Part shown: piece after piece, positions 1 through 13,529 of the stretch
Layout of the letters: the number at the start of each line of letters is the position of its first letter
Numbering within the stretch: the first letter of the stretch is position 1
From: Malacoraja senta
Lineage: Eukaryota
Assembly (NCBI GenBank): GCA_038087875.1
Contig: JAXLNO010000600.1
Coordinates: 434,001 to 498,000, forward strand
Direction: 5' to 3'
Length of the DNA stretch: 64,000 nucleotides
The notes under the pieces: model-generated
What the model saw: only the letters and a program-made list of their open reading frames with translations
What the model was told of the DNA's origin: nothing
Databases searched by the model: none
Position numbers and translations under genes: made by a program

Positions 1-855
1 CAGACCCTGCTTATCCAGATGCTTATATATATTATCTCTAAGTATCCTTTCCATTAATTTGCCCACCACTGACGTCAAACTAACAGGTCTATAATTGCTA
101 GGTTTACTCTTAGAACCATTTTTAAACAACGGAACAACATGCGCAGTATGCCAATCCTCCGGCACTATTCCCGTTTCTAATGACATTTGAAATATTTCTG
201 TCATAGCCCCTGCTATTTCTACACTAACTTCCCTCAATGTCCTAGGGAATATCCTGTCAGGACCTGGAGACTTATCTGTTTTCATATTTTTCAAAAGTGT
301 CCGCACCTCCTCTTCTTTGAATCTCATAGTTTCCATTGCTACTCTGCTTGTTTCCCTTACCTCACATAATTCAATATCCTTCTTCTTGGTGAATACCGAA
401 GAAAAGAAATTGTTCAATATCTCCCCCATCTCTTTTGGCTCTGCAGATAGCTGTCCACTCTGACTCTCTAATGGACCAATTTTATTTCTTGTTTTCCTTT
501 TGCTATTAATATAGCTGTAGAAACCCTTTGGATTTACTTTCACCTTACTTGCCAAAGCAACCTCATATCTTCTTTTAGCTCTTCTAATTTCTTTCTTAAT
601 ATTCTTTTTACATTCTTTATACTCCTCAAGCACCTCATTTACTCCATGCTGCCTATAATTATTGTAGATCTCTCTCTTTTTCCGAACCGTGTCCAATTTC
701 CCTTGAAAACCATGGCTCTTTCCAATTTTTACTATTTCCTTTCAACCGAACAGGGACATAAAGATTCTGTACTCTTTTTATTTCATAAAGATTCTGTACT
801 CTTCTGTACATTTTAAATGTCACCTTTAAATGTCCTCCATTTCTCTTCTACATCC
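1..855 (-). mobile_element. CR1 LINE ORF2 fragment (region upstream of RT), running off the window start
   Basis: Minus strand near 25-100 reads PSNYRPVSLTSVVGKLMERILRDNI, the NYRPxSL motif of CR1 ORF2. Degraded. Confidence 0.85.
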
Positions 856-904
856 AGTAGGCATCTGAAAGATGATAATTTCCAGAGCTGCTGAGGAAAG
901 AGTG

Positions 905-1725
905 GACAATAGACAATAGGTGCAGGAGTAGGCCATTCGGCCCTTTGAGCCAGCACCGCCATTCAATGTGATCATGGCTGATCATCCCCAATCAGTACCC
1001 CGTTCCTGCCTTCTCCCCATATCCCCTGACTCCGCTATTTTTAAGAGCCCTATCTAACTCTTGAAAGTATCCAGAGAACCTGCCTCTGAGGCAGAGAATT
1101 CCACAGACTCACCAATCTCTGTGTGAAAAAGTGTTTCCTCGTCTACGTTCTAAATGGCTTACTCCGTATTCTTAAACTGTGGCCTCTGGTTCTGGACTCC
1201 CCCAATATCGGGAACATGTTTCCTGCCTCTAGCGTGTCCAAACCCTAAACAATCTTATATGTTTCAATGAGATCCCCTCTCATACTTCTAAACTCCAGAG
1301 TGTACAAGCCCAGCTGCTCCATTCTCTCAGCATATGACAGTCCCGCCATCCCGGGAATTAACCTTGTAAACCTACGCTGCACACCCTCAATAGCAAGAAT
1401 GTCCTTCCTCAAATTAGGAGACCAAAACTGCACACAATACTCCAGGTGTGGTCTCACCTGGGCCCTGTACAACTGCAGAAGGACCTCTTTGCTCCTATAT
1501 TCGATTCCTCTTATTATGTAGGCCAACATACCATTCGCTTTCTTCACTGCCTGCTGTACCTGCATGCTTACTTTCATAGACTGATGAACAAGGACCCCTA
1601 GATCCCGTTGCACTTCCCCTTTTCCCAACTTGACGCCATTTAGATATTAATCTACCTTCCTGTTTTTGCTACCAAAGTGGATAACCTCACATTTACCCGC
1701 ATTAAACTTCATCTGCCATGCATCT
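905..1725 (-). mobile_element. CR1 LINE 3' fragment with (CTATTGT)n tail
   Basis: ORF 1245-1628 RDLGVLVH...[14 protein letters not shown]...[13 protein letters not shown]; gacaatagacaatag tail at 905-919. Confidence 0.93.
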
Positions 1726-2060
1726 TCCCTTAAACTTCATCAGTGGAGAATGAGACTGAACATTATTAACCAGGAGCTAACAGATTTGTTGGACAGAACG
1801 GCTTTCAAAACCATGCTATTTGTGTGACTTCACATAGCCTAAAGTTCAGGCAATTTAGGGTACAATCCAGAAACATCGCCCTTCCATTCTCCACACAGAT
1901 GCTGCCTGACCTGATGATTTCCTCCAGCCCTTTGTGTTTTGCTCAGAATTCCAGCATCTGCAGTTCCTATTATCTCCAGGATTGCTTTATATTGAGCTCA
2001 ACCTGTTTGAACATTGTGTTTTTCCAGCGATTCCAATGGCCACATTAATCATAGAATATA

Positions 2061-3626
2061 CAGTGCCCTCCATAATGTTTGGGACAAAGACCCATCATTT
2101 ATTTATTTGCCTCTCTACTCTACACTTTGAGATTTATTATAGAAAAAAATCACATGTGGTTAAAGTGCACTTTTTATACATTTTAGTTTCACCATGTAGA
2201 AATTACAGCAGTGTTTATACATGGTCCCCCCCATTTCAGGGCACCATAACGTTTGGGACACAGCAATGTCATGTGAATGAAAGTAGTCATGTTTAGTATT
2301 TTGTTGCATATCCTTTGCATGCAATGACTGCTTGAAGTCTGCGAATCATGGACATCACCAGTTGCTGGGTGTCTTCTCTGGTGATGCTCTGCCAGGCCTG
2401 TATTGCAGCCATCTTTAGCTTATGCTAGTGTTTGGGGGGTAGTCCCCTTCAGTTATCTCTTCAGTATATAAAAGGCATGCTCAATTGAGTTCAGATCGAG
2501 TGATAGACTTGGCCACTCAAGAATTTACCATTTTTTAGCTTTGAAAAACTCCTTAGTTGCTTTAACAGTATGTTTGGGATCATTGTCTTGCTGTAGAATG
2601 AACCGCCGGCCAATGAGTTTTGAGGCATTTGTTTGAACTTGAGCAGATAGGATGTGTCTATACACTTCAGAATTCATTATGTTACCACCATCAGCAGTTG
2701 TATCATCAATGAAGATAAGTGAGCCAGTACTTTCAGCAGCCATACATGCCCAGGCCATAACACCCCCACCACTGTGTTTCATTAACACTCTGATATGTTA
2801 ATCTTTGTCTCATCTGTCCACAAGACCTTTTTTCCAGAACTGTGGTTGCTCTTTTAAGTACTTCTTGGCAAACTGTAACTTGGCCATCCTATTTTTGCGG
2901 CCAACCAATGGTTTGCATCTTGCAGTGTAGCCTCTGTATTTCTGTTCATGAAGTCTTCTGCGGACAGTGGTCATTGACAAATTCACACCTAACCCCTGAA
3001 GAGTGTTTCTGGTCTGTCGGACAGGTGTTTGGGGATTATTCTTTATTATAGAGAGAATTCTTCTGTCATCAGCTGCGGAGGTCTTCCTTGGCCTGCCAGA
3101 CCCTTTGTGATTAGTAAGCTCACCAGTGCACTTTTTGTTCGTAATAATGTTCCAAACAGTCGATTTTGGTAAGCCTAAGGTTTGGCTGATGTCTCTAACA
3201 GTTGTATTCTTGTTTCTCAGTCTCATAATGGCTTCATTGACTTTCATTGGCACAACTTTGGTCCTCATGGTGATAAACAGCAATAAAAGTTTCCAAAGGT
3301 GATGGAAAGATTGAAGGAAAGACTAGGTGCTGAGAGCTCTCTTGTACCTGCATTAAGGAGGCAATTAAACACACCTGAGCAATTACAAACACCTGTGAAG
3401 CCATGTGTCCCAAACATTATGGTGCCCTGAAATGGGGGGACTATGTATAAACACAGCTGTAATTTCTACATGGTGAAACCAAAATGTATAAAAATACCCT
3501 TTATAAAATCTGACAATATGCACTTTAACCACATGATTTTGTAAAATTACAAAATCTCAAATAGTGGAGTACAGAGGCAAATAAATAAATGATGGGTCTT
3601 TGTCCCAAACATTATGGCGGGCACTG
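2061..3626 (-). mobile_element. Tc1/mariner transposon relic with both TIRs and internal deletions
   Basis: TA|CAGTGCCCTCCATAATGTTTGGGACAAAG ... CCAAACATTATGGCGGGCACTG|TA. About 200-bp TIRs with an inner direct repeat (IR/DR type). ORF pieces 2810-3283 (HTH, GRPRK) and 2525-2788 (KHSGGGVMAW, QQDNDPKH). Confidence 0.95.
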
Positions 3627-4270
3627 TAGAAGAGTACAGTACAGGTTCTTCGGCCCAAAATGTCAGTGCTGAACATAATGCCAGGATAAACTAATCTCAT
3701 CTGCCTACACATGATCCATATTCTTCCATTACCAACAAATCCATGTGCCTATCGTAAAGCGTCTTAAATGTCACTGTGTAAAAGACGTGCCTAACATATC
3801 TCCTTTAAGCTTTGCCCCTCTCACTATAAAGTTATGCCCTCTAGTATTTGATATTTCCACTTTGGGGAAACAGGTTTTTCTTAAATAATCTTTTATGGTC
3901 CCTTGGGTTCAATGGAGCTGGAGACCTTGCTGCTATAGCTGTCCAGTGAAGGATGTGGAGAGCAAGGATTTGGTTATTATTAAAGATGGGATTGATGGGT
4001 TCTTGTTTAGTAATAGTTATGGGGAGAAGGCAGGAGAATGGAATTGAGAGGGAAAGATAGATCAGCCATGATTGAATGGCTTGATGGGCCGAAAGGCCTA
4101 ATTCTGCTCCTGTGACTTAGAACGTGAGAAGAGCCCATGAGTGGTGACAATGCCTCAGGTGACTGATTTTTTTTTAACCTATACTCGACATTTGATATCA
4201 AATGTCAGATGGATATACAGCCTCCATTGTTTAAATCTCTTATTTCAGACTCAACCACATTGATCTAAAT

Positions 4271-4496
4271 CAAAGAAAGACACACAATGCTGGAATAGTT
4301 CAGCGGGTCAGGCAGCATCTCTGGAGAAAGGGAATAGATGATGTTTCGGGTCGGAATCCTTCTTCAGACTGCAAGAAGGGTTCCGACCCGAAACGTCATC
4401 TATCCCCTTTTCTCCAGCGATGCTGCCTGGCCCACTAAGTTACTCCAACATTTGTGTCTATCTTCGGTACAAACCAGCATCTGCGGTTCCTTCCTA
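4271..4496. mobile_element. Penelope-derived foldback short element
   Basis: Internal inverted repeat centred near 4368; 15-bp flanking duplication cacattgatctaaat (4256-4270 and 4497-4511). Confidence 0.85.
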
Positions 4497-4807
4497 CACA
4501 TTGATCTAAATGTTAGATTGAGTGTCATTATTTATTTCAGTGAAAATAAATGTTTTAGAGTGAAGTCTAATGAACAATTTGAATCATTCTGGAACCTGGA
4601 CTTGGTACTTCCTAGCACGTGTGTCCATCTGATACGATTTATGTGCGAGATGCCCTGTAAATGACCTTATTCCCTACATAAGAAGGAAAATGTTTTGTGT
4701 CCTTTGGTATACAGATTGACTCCATACTTTAGTGATGGGCGCTATACTGTTTCTTGAAACTCTGTCCCCTCGTTTGTTTTCTCCCACTGGTGGAAACATC
4801 TTGACAT

Positions 4808-4934
4808 CTGAAGAAGGGTCTCGACCCGAAACGTCACATTCCTTTTCTCCAGAGTTGCTGCCTGTCCCGCTGAGTTACTCCAGCATTTTGTGTCTACCTT
4901 CGGTGTAAACCTGCATCTGCAGTTCCTTCCTGCA
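4808..4934 (+). mobile_element. Penelope-derived short element
   Basis: Starts CTGAAGAAGGGTCTCGACCCGAAACGTC; flanking duplication cttgacatct (4800-4809 and 4935-4944). Confidence 0.85.
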
Positions 4935-4984
4935 CTTGACATCTTTCATGTTGTGTTCCCTTAGGGGCTTGTTGTTTCGTTAGC

Positions 4985-5494
4985 TTGCTATTGAGGGAGT
5001 GCAGCGTAGGTTCACAAGGTTAATTCCCAGGATGGCGGGTCTGTCATATGCTGAGAGAATGGAGCAGCTGGGCTTGTATACTCTGGAGTTTAGAAGGATG
5101 AGAGGGAATCTTATTGAAATATAAGATTATTAAGGGTTTAGACACGGGAGAGGTAGGAAACATGTTCCCGATGTTGGGGGAGTCCAGAACCAGGGGACCA
5201 CAGTTTAAGAATGGGTAAGCCATTTAGAATGGAGACGAGGAAACACTTTCTCACAGAGAGTTGTGAGTCTGTGGAATTCTCTGCCTCAGAGGGCGGTGGA
5301 GGCCGGTTCTCTGGATACTTTCAAGAGAGAGCTAGATAGGGCTCTTATAGATAGCGGAGTCAGGGGATATGGGGAGAAGGCAGGAACGGGGTACTGATTG
5401 GGGATGATCAGCCATGATCACATTGAATGGCGGTGCTGGCTAGAAGGGCCGAATGGCCTACTCCTGCACCTATTGTCTATTGTCCATTGTCTAT
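4985..5494 (+). mobile_element. CR1 LINE 3' fragment
   Basis: Same family sequence as 905-1725; ends cctattgtctattgtc. Confidence 0.92.
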
Positions 5495-6474
5495 AGTTTA
5501 TATACTTTTGCTGACTGAAAAAATAACTGTTTCTCATTCTACTTCCACAGCCTGAATTGCTGAGTGTCTCTAGCCATTTCTTTGTTTTTAATTTCAGATT
5601 TCCCTTATCCGCAGTTCGTTTTATTTTCACTTAAAATATATATGCTTGGATGCAGAGACACTGGAGAAAGAGCAGAAAAAATGAGCAGAATGAAATAAGC
5701 ACTTAGATGTAAAGCTGAACAAGTAAAGCTGATTAACCAGGCAGGGGGAGAGGAGGGAAGGGAAGACCCAGGGGATGTTGTGACCAACATCTTCAAAATG
5801 ATGACAGAGGATGATAATAGAAATGTAAAAGGAAGCCAGAATGTGAACTGATTAATAGGAAGCGTCACTAAGTAAGTCCAGTAACAAATTCAGGGAGGAA
5901 GTTTTTCCGAAGATAGTGGTGAGAATGTGGAACTCCTCTCCACAGGGGGGGATGAAGTAAACTCATTGATGCATATGAGCGGAAGCTGGATAAACACGAG
6001 GGAGGAAGCAATAGGATATGTTGAGGGGGTGAGATAATGTTGGACAGGGGGAAGCTTATGTGGTGCATAAATATTTGCACCCGTGGTTTGTGTTGAATAG
6101 TGTTTATGTGGAATATGTGGTTTGGCGATGTTTTTTTTTATAAAGCAGACAGAGCCTTGATGTTCTTATCTTTATTTTCAAGTTTTATTTAATAGTTTTC
6201 TTTATCTGGTATTTTATTTAAAGCACATGTTTAATCGATAATGTTTTATTATTAATGTTTTATGTGTCATTCCTAACTGTCACTGTATGTCGTGTTGTCA
6301 CTTGCGGGCGGAGCACCAAGGCAAATTCCTTGTATGTGAATACTTGGCCAATAAACGTATTCATTTGTAAAATCAAATCAAAATATCAGGTGAAATTAGT
6401 TGTGACCAACTGCATAACTTTTCAGGATGAAGGTATCGATCGAAATATTGATTGAAAGATTGATGCAAACAGGT

Positions 6475-6780
6475 CAATAGACAATAGACAATAGGTGCAG
6501 GAGTAGGCCATTCGGCCCTTCGAGCCAGCACCGTCATTCAATGTGGTCATGGCTGATCATCCCCAATCAGTACCCCGTTCCTGCCTTCTCCCCATATCCC
6601 CTGACTCCGCTATCTTTAAGAGCCCTATCCAGCTCTCTCTTGAAAGTATCCAGAGAAACGACCTCCACCGCCCTCTGAGGCAGAGAATTCCACGGACTCA
6701 CAACTCTCTGTGTGAAAAAAGTGTTTCCTCATCTCCCTTCTAAATGGCTTACCCCTTATTCTTAAACTGTGGCCCCTGGT
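6475..6780 (-). mobile_element. CR1 LINE 3' fragment
   Basis: caatagacaatagacaataggtgcaggagtagg tail plus the family 3' UTR. Confidence 0.92.
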
Positions 6781-7129
6781 CCTTTGCCCAATGAGCCCTC
6801 ACTGAGTATCAATAACCGACTCACACTAGCTCTGTGTTATCCCACCTTCACATCCACTCCCGACACACATGGGCCAATTTGAATAAACTGATCCAATACC
6901 CAACTTTCCTCAATCTTGCTGATTTTTTTTATTGCTTCATTGAAGTGCACAGTCTCTATCATTGTTCACTGACTCAATCTTCTTCATTGGAGGAATGAAA
7001 TCTTGTTTCTTTCCATTCTGTCTAATCTCTATGATCTTGAATCCTCATGGTGGCTAAAATCTTGATCTCTCCTCAACTATTAATCCAGACTCCTAATATA
7101 ATCCAAATCCAGACTCCTAATACAATAAG

Positions 7130-7775
7130 TGTAAGAAGGAACTGCAGATGCTGGTTTAAACCGAAGATAGATACAAAAAGCTGGAGTAACTCAGCGGGAC
7201 AGGCAGCATCTCTGGAGAGAAGGAATGGGTGACGTTTTGGGTCGAGACACTTCTTCAGACTAGTTAAGGAATGGGTAATCGAGAGATATAGACGATGATG
7301 TAGAGAGATAAAGAACAATGAATGAAAGATATGCAAAAAAGTAACGATGATAAAGGAAACAGGCCATTGTTAGCTGTTTGTTGGGTGAAAACAAGAAACT
7401 GGTGCAACTTAGGTGGAGGGATAGAGAGAGAGGGAATGCCGGGTTACTTGAAGTTAGAGAAATCAATATTCATACCACTGGGCTCTAAGCTGCCCAAGCG
7501 AAATATGAGATGCTATTCCTCCAATCTGTGTTTAGCCTCACTCTGACAGTGGAGGAGACCTAGGACAGAAAGGTCCGTGGTGGAATAGGCAGGAGAATTA
7601 AAGCGTTCAGCAACCGGGAGATCAGGTAGGTTCAGACGGACTGAGTGAAGGTGTTCAGCGAAACGATCGCCCGGTCTACCATTGGTCTCGCCGATCTATA
7701 AGAGTCCACATCTTGAACAACGGATATAGTAGATGAAGTTGGAGGAGGTGCAAGTGAACCTCTGCCTAACCTGAA
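7130..7775 (-). mobile_element. Penelope-like element 3' part with GIY-YIG endonuclease remnant
   Basis: Minus strand about 7640-7775 reads QVRQRFTCTSSNFIYYIRCSRCGLLYIGET...DRFAEHL, followed by the 3' UTR and the common short-repeat tail. Confidence 0.88.
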
Positions 7776-8129
7776 ATTCAGATGCCCAGTCTAGTTTATG
7801 ACCTGTGTCTCTGAATGAGAAACCTAGTTGTATAGCCATCTGACCAAAATAAGAGAGTCAGAGCTGATTTCTGTCTGAGATCAAATGAGTGCTATGGAGG
7901 CAGAAGAGATTATCAAGAGGCTCATAGTCCTAAGATAAGTGGTTGGACATGAGCAGTTTCTTCATTGCCACAGTTTGTAAATATCTCTGATTTTCTCTTA
8001 TTTTTCACCTTACCTCTTTAGTTTTCTTTATTATTGTCACAGAGAAAAGCTTTTTTGTTGCGTGATAGCCAGTCAAATACAAAGACTATACATGATTATA
8101 ATCAAGCTGTCCACAGTGTACAGATACAG

Positions 8130-9955
8130 GAGTCAAAAGAGTTTTATTGTCATGTGTCCCAGATAGGACAATGAAATTCTTGCTTGCTGCAGCACAACAG
8201 AATATGTAAACATAATACAGAACAGGAAATAAAAGTTCATAGAAACATAGAAACATAGAAAATAGGTGCAGGAGTAGGCCATTCGGCCCTTCGAGCCTGC
8301 ACAGCCATTCAATATGATCATGGCTGATCATCCAACTCAGTATCCCCGTACCTGCCTTCTCTCCATACCCCCTGATCCCCTTAGCCACAAGGGCCACATC
8401 TAACTCCCTCTTAAATATAGCCAATGAACTGGCCTCAACTACCTTCTGTGGCAGAGAGTTCCAGAGATTCACCACTCTCTGTGTGAAAAAAGTTTTTCTC
8501 ATCTCGGTCCTAAAGGATTTCCCCTCTATGCTTAAGCTGTGACCCGTTGTCCTGGACTTCCCCAACATCGGGAACAATCTTCCTGCATCTAACCTGTCCA
8601 ACCCTTGAGAATTTTGTAAGTTTCTATAAGATCCCCCCTCAATCTCCTAAATTCTAGCGAGTACAAGCCGAGTCTATCCAGTCTTTTCTTCATATGAAAG
8701 TCCTGACATCCCAGGAATCAGTCTGGTGAACCTTCTCTGCACTCCCTCTATGGCAATAATGTCTTTCCTCAGATTTGGAGACCAAAACTGTACGCAATAC
8801 TCCAGGTGTGGTCTCACTAAGACCCTGTACAACTGCAGTAGAACCTCCCTGCTCCTATACTCAAATCCTTTTGCTATGAATGCTAACATACCCTTCGCTT
8901 TCTTCACTGCCTGCTGCACCTGCATGCCTACTTTCAATGACTGGTGTACCATGACACCCAGGTCTCGTTGCATCTCCCCTTTTCCTAATCGGCCACCATT
9001 TAGATAATAGTCTGCTTTCCTGTTTTTGCCACCAAAGTGGATAACCTCACATTTATCCACATTACACTGCATCTGCCATGCATTTGCCCACTCACCCAGC
9101 CTATCCAAGTCACCTTGCAGTCTCCTAGCATCCTCCTCACAGCTAACACTGCCCCCCAGCTTAGTGTCATCCGCAAACTTGGAGATGTTGCATTCAATTC
9201 CCTCGTCCAAATCATTAATATATATTGTAAATAGCTGGGGTCCCAGCACTGAGCCTTGCGGTACCCCACTAGTCACTGCCTGCCATTCTGAAAAGGACCC
9301 GTTTACTCCTACTCTTTGCTTCCTGCCAGTTCTCTATCCACATCAATACTGAACCCCCAATACCATGTGCTTTAAGTTTGTATACTAATCTCTTATGTGG
9401 GACCTTGTTCAGTGTGTCTATAGACCTTGTTCAGTGTGTCTATAGACCATATATATATACACAATAAATAAACAGATAAAGTGCAATAGACTGTTATTGT
9501 TCAGCGCTTGTTTGATGTCGTGTTTAATAGCCTGATGGCTGTGGGGAAGAAGCTGTTCTTGAACCTGGATGTTCCAGATTTCAAGCTCCTGTACCTTCTT
9601 CCCGATGGCAACAGAGAGATGAGTGTGTGGCCAGGATGGTGTGGGTCTTTGATGATGCTAGCTGCCTTTTGAGGCAGCGACTGCGATAGATCCCTTCGAT
9701 GGTGGGGAGGTCAGAGCCGATGATGGACTGGGCAATGGTCACAACATTCTGCATTTTTTTCCGCTCCTGGACATTCAAGTTGCCGAGCCAAGCCACGATG
9801 CAACCAGTCAGTATGCTCCCTACTGTGCACCTGTAGAAGTTCGAGAGTGTCCTCCTTGACATACTGACTCTCCCTAATATTCTCAGGAAGTAAAGGCGCT
9901 GATGTACCTTCTTTATAATTGCATCAGTGTGCTGGGACCAGGAAAGATCTTCGGA
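8130..9955 (-). mobile_element. Rex-Babar (Rex1-like) LINE 3' fragment, interrupted by CR1
   Basis: ORF 9581-9862 LSNFYRCTVGSILTGCIVAW...LPTIEGIYRSRC; 3' UTR continues at 8130-8237. Confidence 0.85.
8238..9410 (-). mobile_element. CR1 LINE RT fragment, (TTTCTATG)n subfamily, nested in a Rex-Babar copy
   Basis: ORF 8674-9276 has SGVPQGSVLGP and KFADDTK; catagaaacatagaaa tail. Confidence 0.95.
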
Positions 9956-10127
9956 AATAGGATATAAGATATATCATTTAGTGCAAGATAAAGTCCAGTT
10001 AAAGACAGTTCAAAGGTCTCCAATGAGGTGACGGGAAGGAAGTCAGGACCGTACTCTAGCTGGTGAGTGGACTGTTCAGTTGCCTGATAACTGCTGGGAA
10101 GAAACTGTGCCTGAATCTGGTGAGATG

Positions 10128-10780
10128 CTCTCTCCGCTCTCTCATTGGGCAGAACCTTCCCTCCATTGATGAACTGTATACTGCAAGGGCCAGGAAGCGA
10201 GCGGGTAAGATCATCTCTGACCGCTCTCACCCTGGCCACAAACTCTTTGAATCACTTCCCTCTGGAAGGCGACTCCGGACTGTCAAAGCTGCCACAGCCA
10301 GACATAAAACAGCTTTTTTCATCGAGTATTAGCTCTACTCAATAACCAAAAATCTGTGGCCTCCTTTTGCTCTGGTATTTTATTTAATTCACATGTTTAA
10401 TCAATAATGTTTTAATATTAATGTTTCATGTTGTATGTGTCATTCCTAACTGTCACTGTATGTCATGTGTTTAAGAAGGAACTGCAGATGCTGGAAAATC
10501 GAAGGTAGACAAAAGTGCTGGAGAAACTCAGTGGGGTGCAGCAGCATCTATGGAGCGAAGGAAATAGGCAACGTTTCGGGCCGAAACACTTCTTCAGACT
10601 GAGAAGGGTTTCGGCCCGAAACGTTGCCTATTTCCTTCGCTCCATAGATGCTGCTGCACCCACTGAGTTTCTCCAGCACTTTCGTCTACTGTATGTCATG
10701 TTGTCACTTGCGGGCGGAGTACCAAGGCATGTTCCTTGTATGTGAATACTTGGCCAATAAACCTATTCATTCATTCATTC
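10128..10780 (+). mobile_element. Rex-Babar 3' fragment containing a Penelope foldback insertion (about 10469-10687)
   Basis: LPSIDELYTARARKRAGKIISD..HPGHKLFESLPSGRRLR; (ATTC)n tail; insert flanked by a 14-bp duplication actgtatgtcatgt. Confidence 0.85.
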
Positions 10781-10894
10781 AAGATACAAAACTTTGAAAG
10801 CACGCACCACAAGATTAAGGAACAACCTCTTCCTCTCTGTATCAGTCTTCTGAATGATCTTCCCATCAACCAGAGTTAATCTTCCAATCCATCT

Positions 10895-11376
10895 CAAGTG
10901 AGACCAAGCGGAGGCTTAGCGATCGTTTCGCCGAACACCTCCGGTCGGTCCGCAATAACCTACCTGACCTCCCGGTGGCTCAGCACTTCAACTCCCCCTC
11001 CCATTCCGTATCTGACCTCTCTGTCCTGGGTCTCCTCCATGGCCACAGCGAGCAACACCGGAAATTGGAGGAAATGCACCTCATATTCCGCTTGGGCAGT
11101 CTACATCCTGGGGGCATGAACATTGAATTCTCCCAACTCTGCTAGCCCTTGCTGTCCCCTCCCCTTCATCAGCCCTCTGGTTGTCTCCTCCCAGCCCTCG
11201 GGCTCCTCCTCAGCCTTTTTTCCTTTCTTCTCCCCACCCCCTATCAGTCTGAAGAAGGGTTTTGGCCCAAAACGTTGCCTATTTCCTTCGCTCCATAGAT
11301 GCTGCTGCACCCGCTGAGTTTCTCCAGCATTTTTGTGTACCTTCGATTTTCCAGCATCTGCAGTTCCTTCTTTAAC
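10895..11376 (+). mobile_element. Penelope-like element 3' part (GIY-YIG C-terminus plus tail)
   Basis: ETKRRLSDRFAEHLRSVR...VAQHFNS...GMNIEFS, pyrimidine-rich UTR, then the CTGAAGAAGGG... tail from 11249. Confidence 0.87.
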
Positions 11377-11589
11377 ATCTCAAAAGTCCACCTTGGACTT
11401 TTCCTCTGTAACTTTAACACTGAAACACTGTAAATTCTGCACGCTGGCATTTTTCACACACTACCTGTTGTACCTGTGTATGGCTTGATGATCCTCATGT
11501 ACTATTTGATTTGACTGGATTGCTCGCAAACAAGGCTTTTTCACTGCATCTCGGTACAAGTATCATTATAAACCATAAGCCAAGCCATT

Positions 11590-11853
11590 TATAACGGAGT
11601 CGAGGAAACACTTTTTCCTCACAGAGAGTGGTGAGTCTGTGGAATTCTCTGCCTCATAGGGCGGTGGAGGCGGGTTCTCTGGATGCTTTCAAGAGAGAGC
11701 TGGATAAGGCTCTTAAAGATAGCGGAGTCAGGGGATATGGGGAGAAGGCAGGAACGGGGTACTGATTGGGGATGATGAGCCATGATCACATTAAATGGCG
11801 GTGCTGGCTCGAAGGGCCGAATGGCCTACTCCTGCACCTATTGTCTATTGTCT
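11590..11853 (+). mobile_element. CR1 LINE 3' fragment
   Basis: Family 3' UTR and tattgtc tail. Confidence 0.9.
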
Positions 11854-12399
11854 AAACCAATACCAATAGATTTTTAACTCAAAGGAATCAAGAGTTGGGG
11901 AAGAATGTGGGATTTAGGTGGGAAATCAGTTCTGATCTTCCTGTGTGTGGAGAAAACTCTAGGAGTAGCATTGCCTTTGTGTGCCTCTCTCTGTCTTGTG
12001 TTGTCATATTGGATTTGGGGAGGGGGTGGGTGAGGGTGGGAGCAGAGAAGCCCGAGGCCCCTGACAATGGCATGACCTTTCCAGCACGATGCTTCAAAGC
12101 ACAGGATTGCAGCTCATCAGGAAGCATAATAAGATCAAAGGTAATTCTCACAGGCTGAAGCCAAGTTGATTGCTAGAGATCAAAGAATTGGGGAAGGAAG
12201 AGTGGGGGAGGTGGGAGGAGTGCGGTATGTCTGAGGTAATTGATTCCATTACTCGACTGCACCATGAAACGTCGCAGTGGACACTGAGGCCAGGGTTCAA
12301 TCAAATACATTTGGGTGGAGTTTTGTACTGATGGTCAGCAATGAAAGAGGTTAAAGGGTGGTAGAGTAGGGAAGAGCCCAACATCAGTTGGCAGAGGAG

Positions 12400-13195
12400 A
12401 ACGAGAGTCAAGAGCGTTTAATTATCATATGTACCGACAACGGAACAATGAAATTCTTACTTGCACCAGTGTTACAGGTTTGTGAACAGTGTATCAAGAG
12501 TAGAGTCAAGAGAGTTTTATTGTCATGTGTCCCAGATAGGACAATGAAATTCTTGCTTGCTGCAGCACAACAGAATATGTAAACATAATACAGAACGGGA
12601 GATAAAAGTTCAGTGTGTCTATATACCATAGACCATATGTATACACAATAAATAAACAGATAAAGTGCAATAGTAATAATAGACTGTTATTGTTCAGAAC
12701 CAGGGGCCACAGTTTAAGAATAAGGATTAAGCCATTTAGAACGAAGACGAGGAAACACTTTTTCTCACAGAGGGTGGTGAGTCTGTGGAATTCTCTGCCT
12801 CAGAGGGCGGTGGAGGCAGGTTCTCTGGATGCGTTCAAGAGAGAGCTAGATAGGGCTCTTAAGAATAGCAGAGTCAGGGGATATGGGGAGAAGGCAGGAA
12901 CAGGGTACTGGTTGTGGATGATCAGCCATGATCACATTGAATGGCGGTGCTGGCTCGAAGGGCCATATTGCCTACTCCTGCACCTATTGTCTATTGTCTA
13001 TTGAATCTGGTGGTCACGGTTTTCAGACTCTTGTACATTCTTTCCGATGGCAGGAGTGAAATGAGAGCATGGCCAGGGTGGTGTGGGTCCTTGGTGATGC
13101 TAACTGCCTTTCTGAGGTAGCATTTCCTGTAGATCCCTTCAGTGGTGGGGAGGTCAGTCTTGTGATGGACCAGGCAGTGTCCACCACTTTTCGTA
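12400..13195 (-). mobile_element. Rex-Babar fragments with a nested + strand CR1 (about 12694-13000)
   Basis: Rex C-terminus KDPHHPGHALISLLPS; CR1 FFSQRVVSLWNSLP. Confidence 0.8.
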
Positions 13196-13199
13196 ATCT

Positions 13200-13520
13200 C
13201 CCATTTCACCAGGGTATGAGGGGGCTGGCAGCTATTACCACGATAAGGTAATGTAGCCAGCCCCAATACAGTCCTACAGAAGAGTTGAAGGAGGGGGCAC
13301 AAGTAGAAGTGAAACAAAAAACATTCCACAAACAGACAGGCACAGCTTGGGCCAATGCGAGTTGTCACAGCTACATCTTTGATCTGGAGAGAGTGAGTAA
13401 AATTGAAGAAGTGTGTTCAATGTGAGAATAAGTTCAGCCGGATGTGTGAGGGTGTTGATGAGGGCAGGTGGTTGGTCCTCTGTTCAAGGCAGTTAAGGCC
13501 CCTCAGACGATCTAGGTGAG
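13200..13520 (-). mobile_element. Old Penelope-like RT remnant
   Basis: VAVTTRIGPSCACLFV resembles the PLE RT motif GxAMGTRMGPSYACLFV. Degraded. Confidence 0.55.
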
Positions 13521-13529
13521 AGATAGAAG